This document shows positions 63,096 to 64,000 of a DNA stretch of 64,000 nucleotides, piece after piece; position 1 is the first letter of the stretch; each line of letters starts with the position of its first letter. Below the pieces are notes generated by a model that was not told the DNA's origin, searched no databases, and saw only the letters and a list, made by a program, of their open reading frames with translations. The DNA is from Octopus sinensis (lineage: Eukaryota), in the NCBI RefSeq assembly GCF_006345805.1, contig NC_043022.1, positions 7,626,001-7,690,000 on the forward strand, in the 5' to 3' direction. The translations under genes and the position numbers were made by a program.

Positions 63096-64000
63096 ATATA
63101 TATACACATAATATATACACATATAATATATACACATATATATATATACACACATATATATATACACACACATATTATATATAATATAAATGGAACAAAA
63201 ACGCAATAGAGGGCATAAAAAGGCGGACAAGAGAAACAGCAATTAAAAGGATATGCAAAAAAGGACCGGTCATTCTTGGCCTTCTTTCATCGTTGCCATT
63301 GTGTTAAACTATCCTGTGTCCAGATTTGGTCAAATGCGTTTTTTTTTTTTCAATATTTATTTGTGTGTGTGTGTGTGTGTCTCCTCCCATCACGCCACTT
63401 CACAAGCGGTATTGGTGTGTTTACGTCTCTGCAGTTTAGCGGTTCGGCAAAAGTCTCCGATAGGCGTAGGAGTGGCTGTGTGGTAAGTAGCTAGCTTACC
63501 AACCACATGCTTCCGGGTTCAGTCCCACTGCGTGGCACCTCGAGCAAGTGTCTTCTACAATAGCCTCGGGCCGACCAATGCCTTGTGAGTGGATTTGGTA
63601 GATGGAAACTGAAAGAAGCCCGTCGTATATATTTGTGTGTGTGTGTGTGTGTGTGTGTATGATCCTGTGTTTGTCCCCCCACCATCGCTTGACAACCGCT
63701 GCTGATGTGTTTACGTCCCCGTAACTTAGCGGTACGGCAAAAGAAAACCGATAGAATAAGTACTAGGCTTACAAAGAATAAGTCCCGGGGTCGATTTGCT
63801 CGACTAAAGGCGGTGCTCCAGCATGGCCACAGTCAAATGATTGAAACAAGTAAAGGAGTAAAAGATAGAATAAGCATCAAGCATGACAGAAAGTGTATCC
63901 TGGGATCGATTCATTCTACTAAAAAAAATCTTCTAGACGGTGCCCCAGCATGGCCGCAGTCTAATGACAAACAAATAAATGATAAAGATATGTTGGAAGC

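Overview
AT-rich, repeat-dense eukaryotic DNA. The SINE, MITE and microsatellite content looks like a cephalopod (Octopus-type) genome, which is an inference from remembered repeat families. One protein-coding gene dominates the window: a + strand, 5'-truncated ROR-family receptor tyrosine kinase that I rebuilt by hand from 13 GT-AG exons (2756-40605). The exons are phase-consistent and total 3047 nt, about 1014 codons plus a stop. Its ectodomain is not the canonical Ig-CRD-Kringle. It reads [Kringle]-Ig-linker-CRD(Fz)-Kringle-Kringle-TM-kinase, so there are at least three kringles, one of them N-terminal to the Ig domain. The kinase has intact catalytic motifs (GxGxxG, VAIK, HRDLAARN, DFG, YxxDYY). 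Introns and downstream DNA hold a full-length but frameshifted IR/DR-type Tc1 element (DD34E), two Penelope-like GIY-YIG remnants, mariner and RTE fragments, and at least five SINE families. They also hold TTAA, TA and 8-bp-TSD MITEs, Helitron-like elements, many long hairpins, several satellites and two minimal hammerhead-ribozyme-like motifs. Nearly all ORF-track entries outside these features are microsatellite or repeat artefacts.
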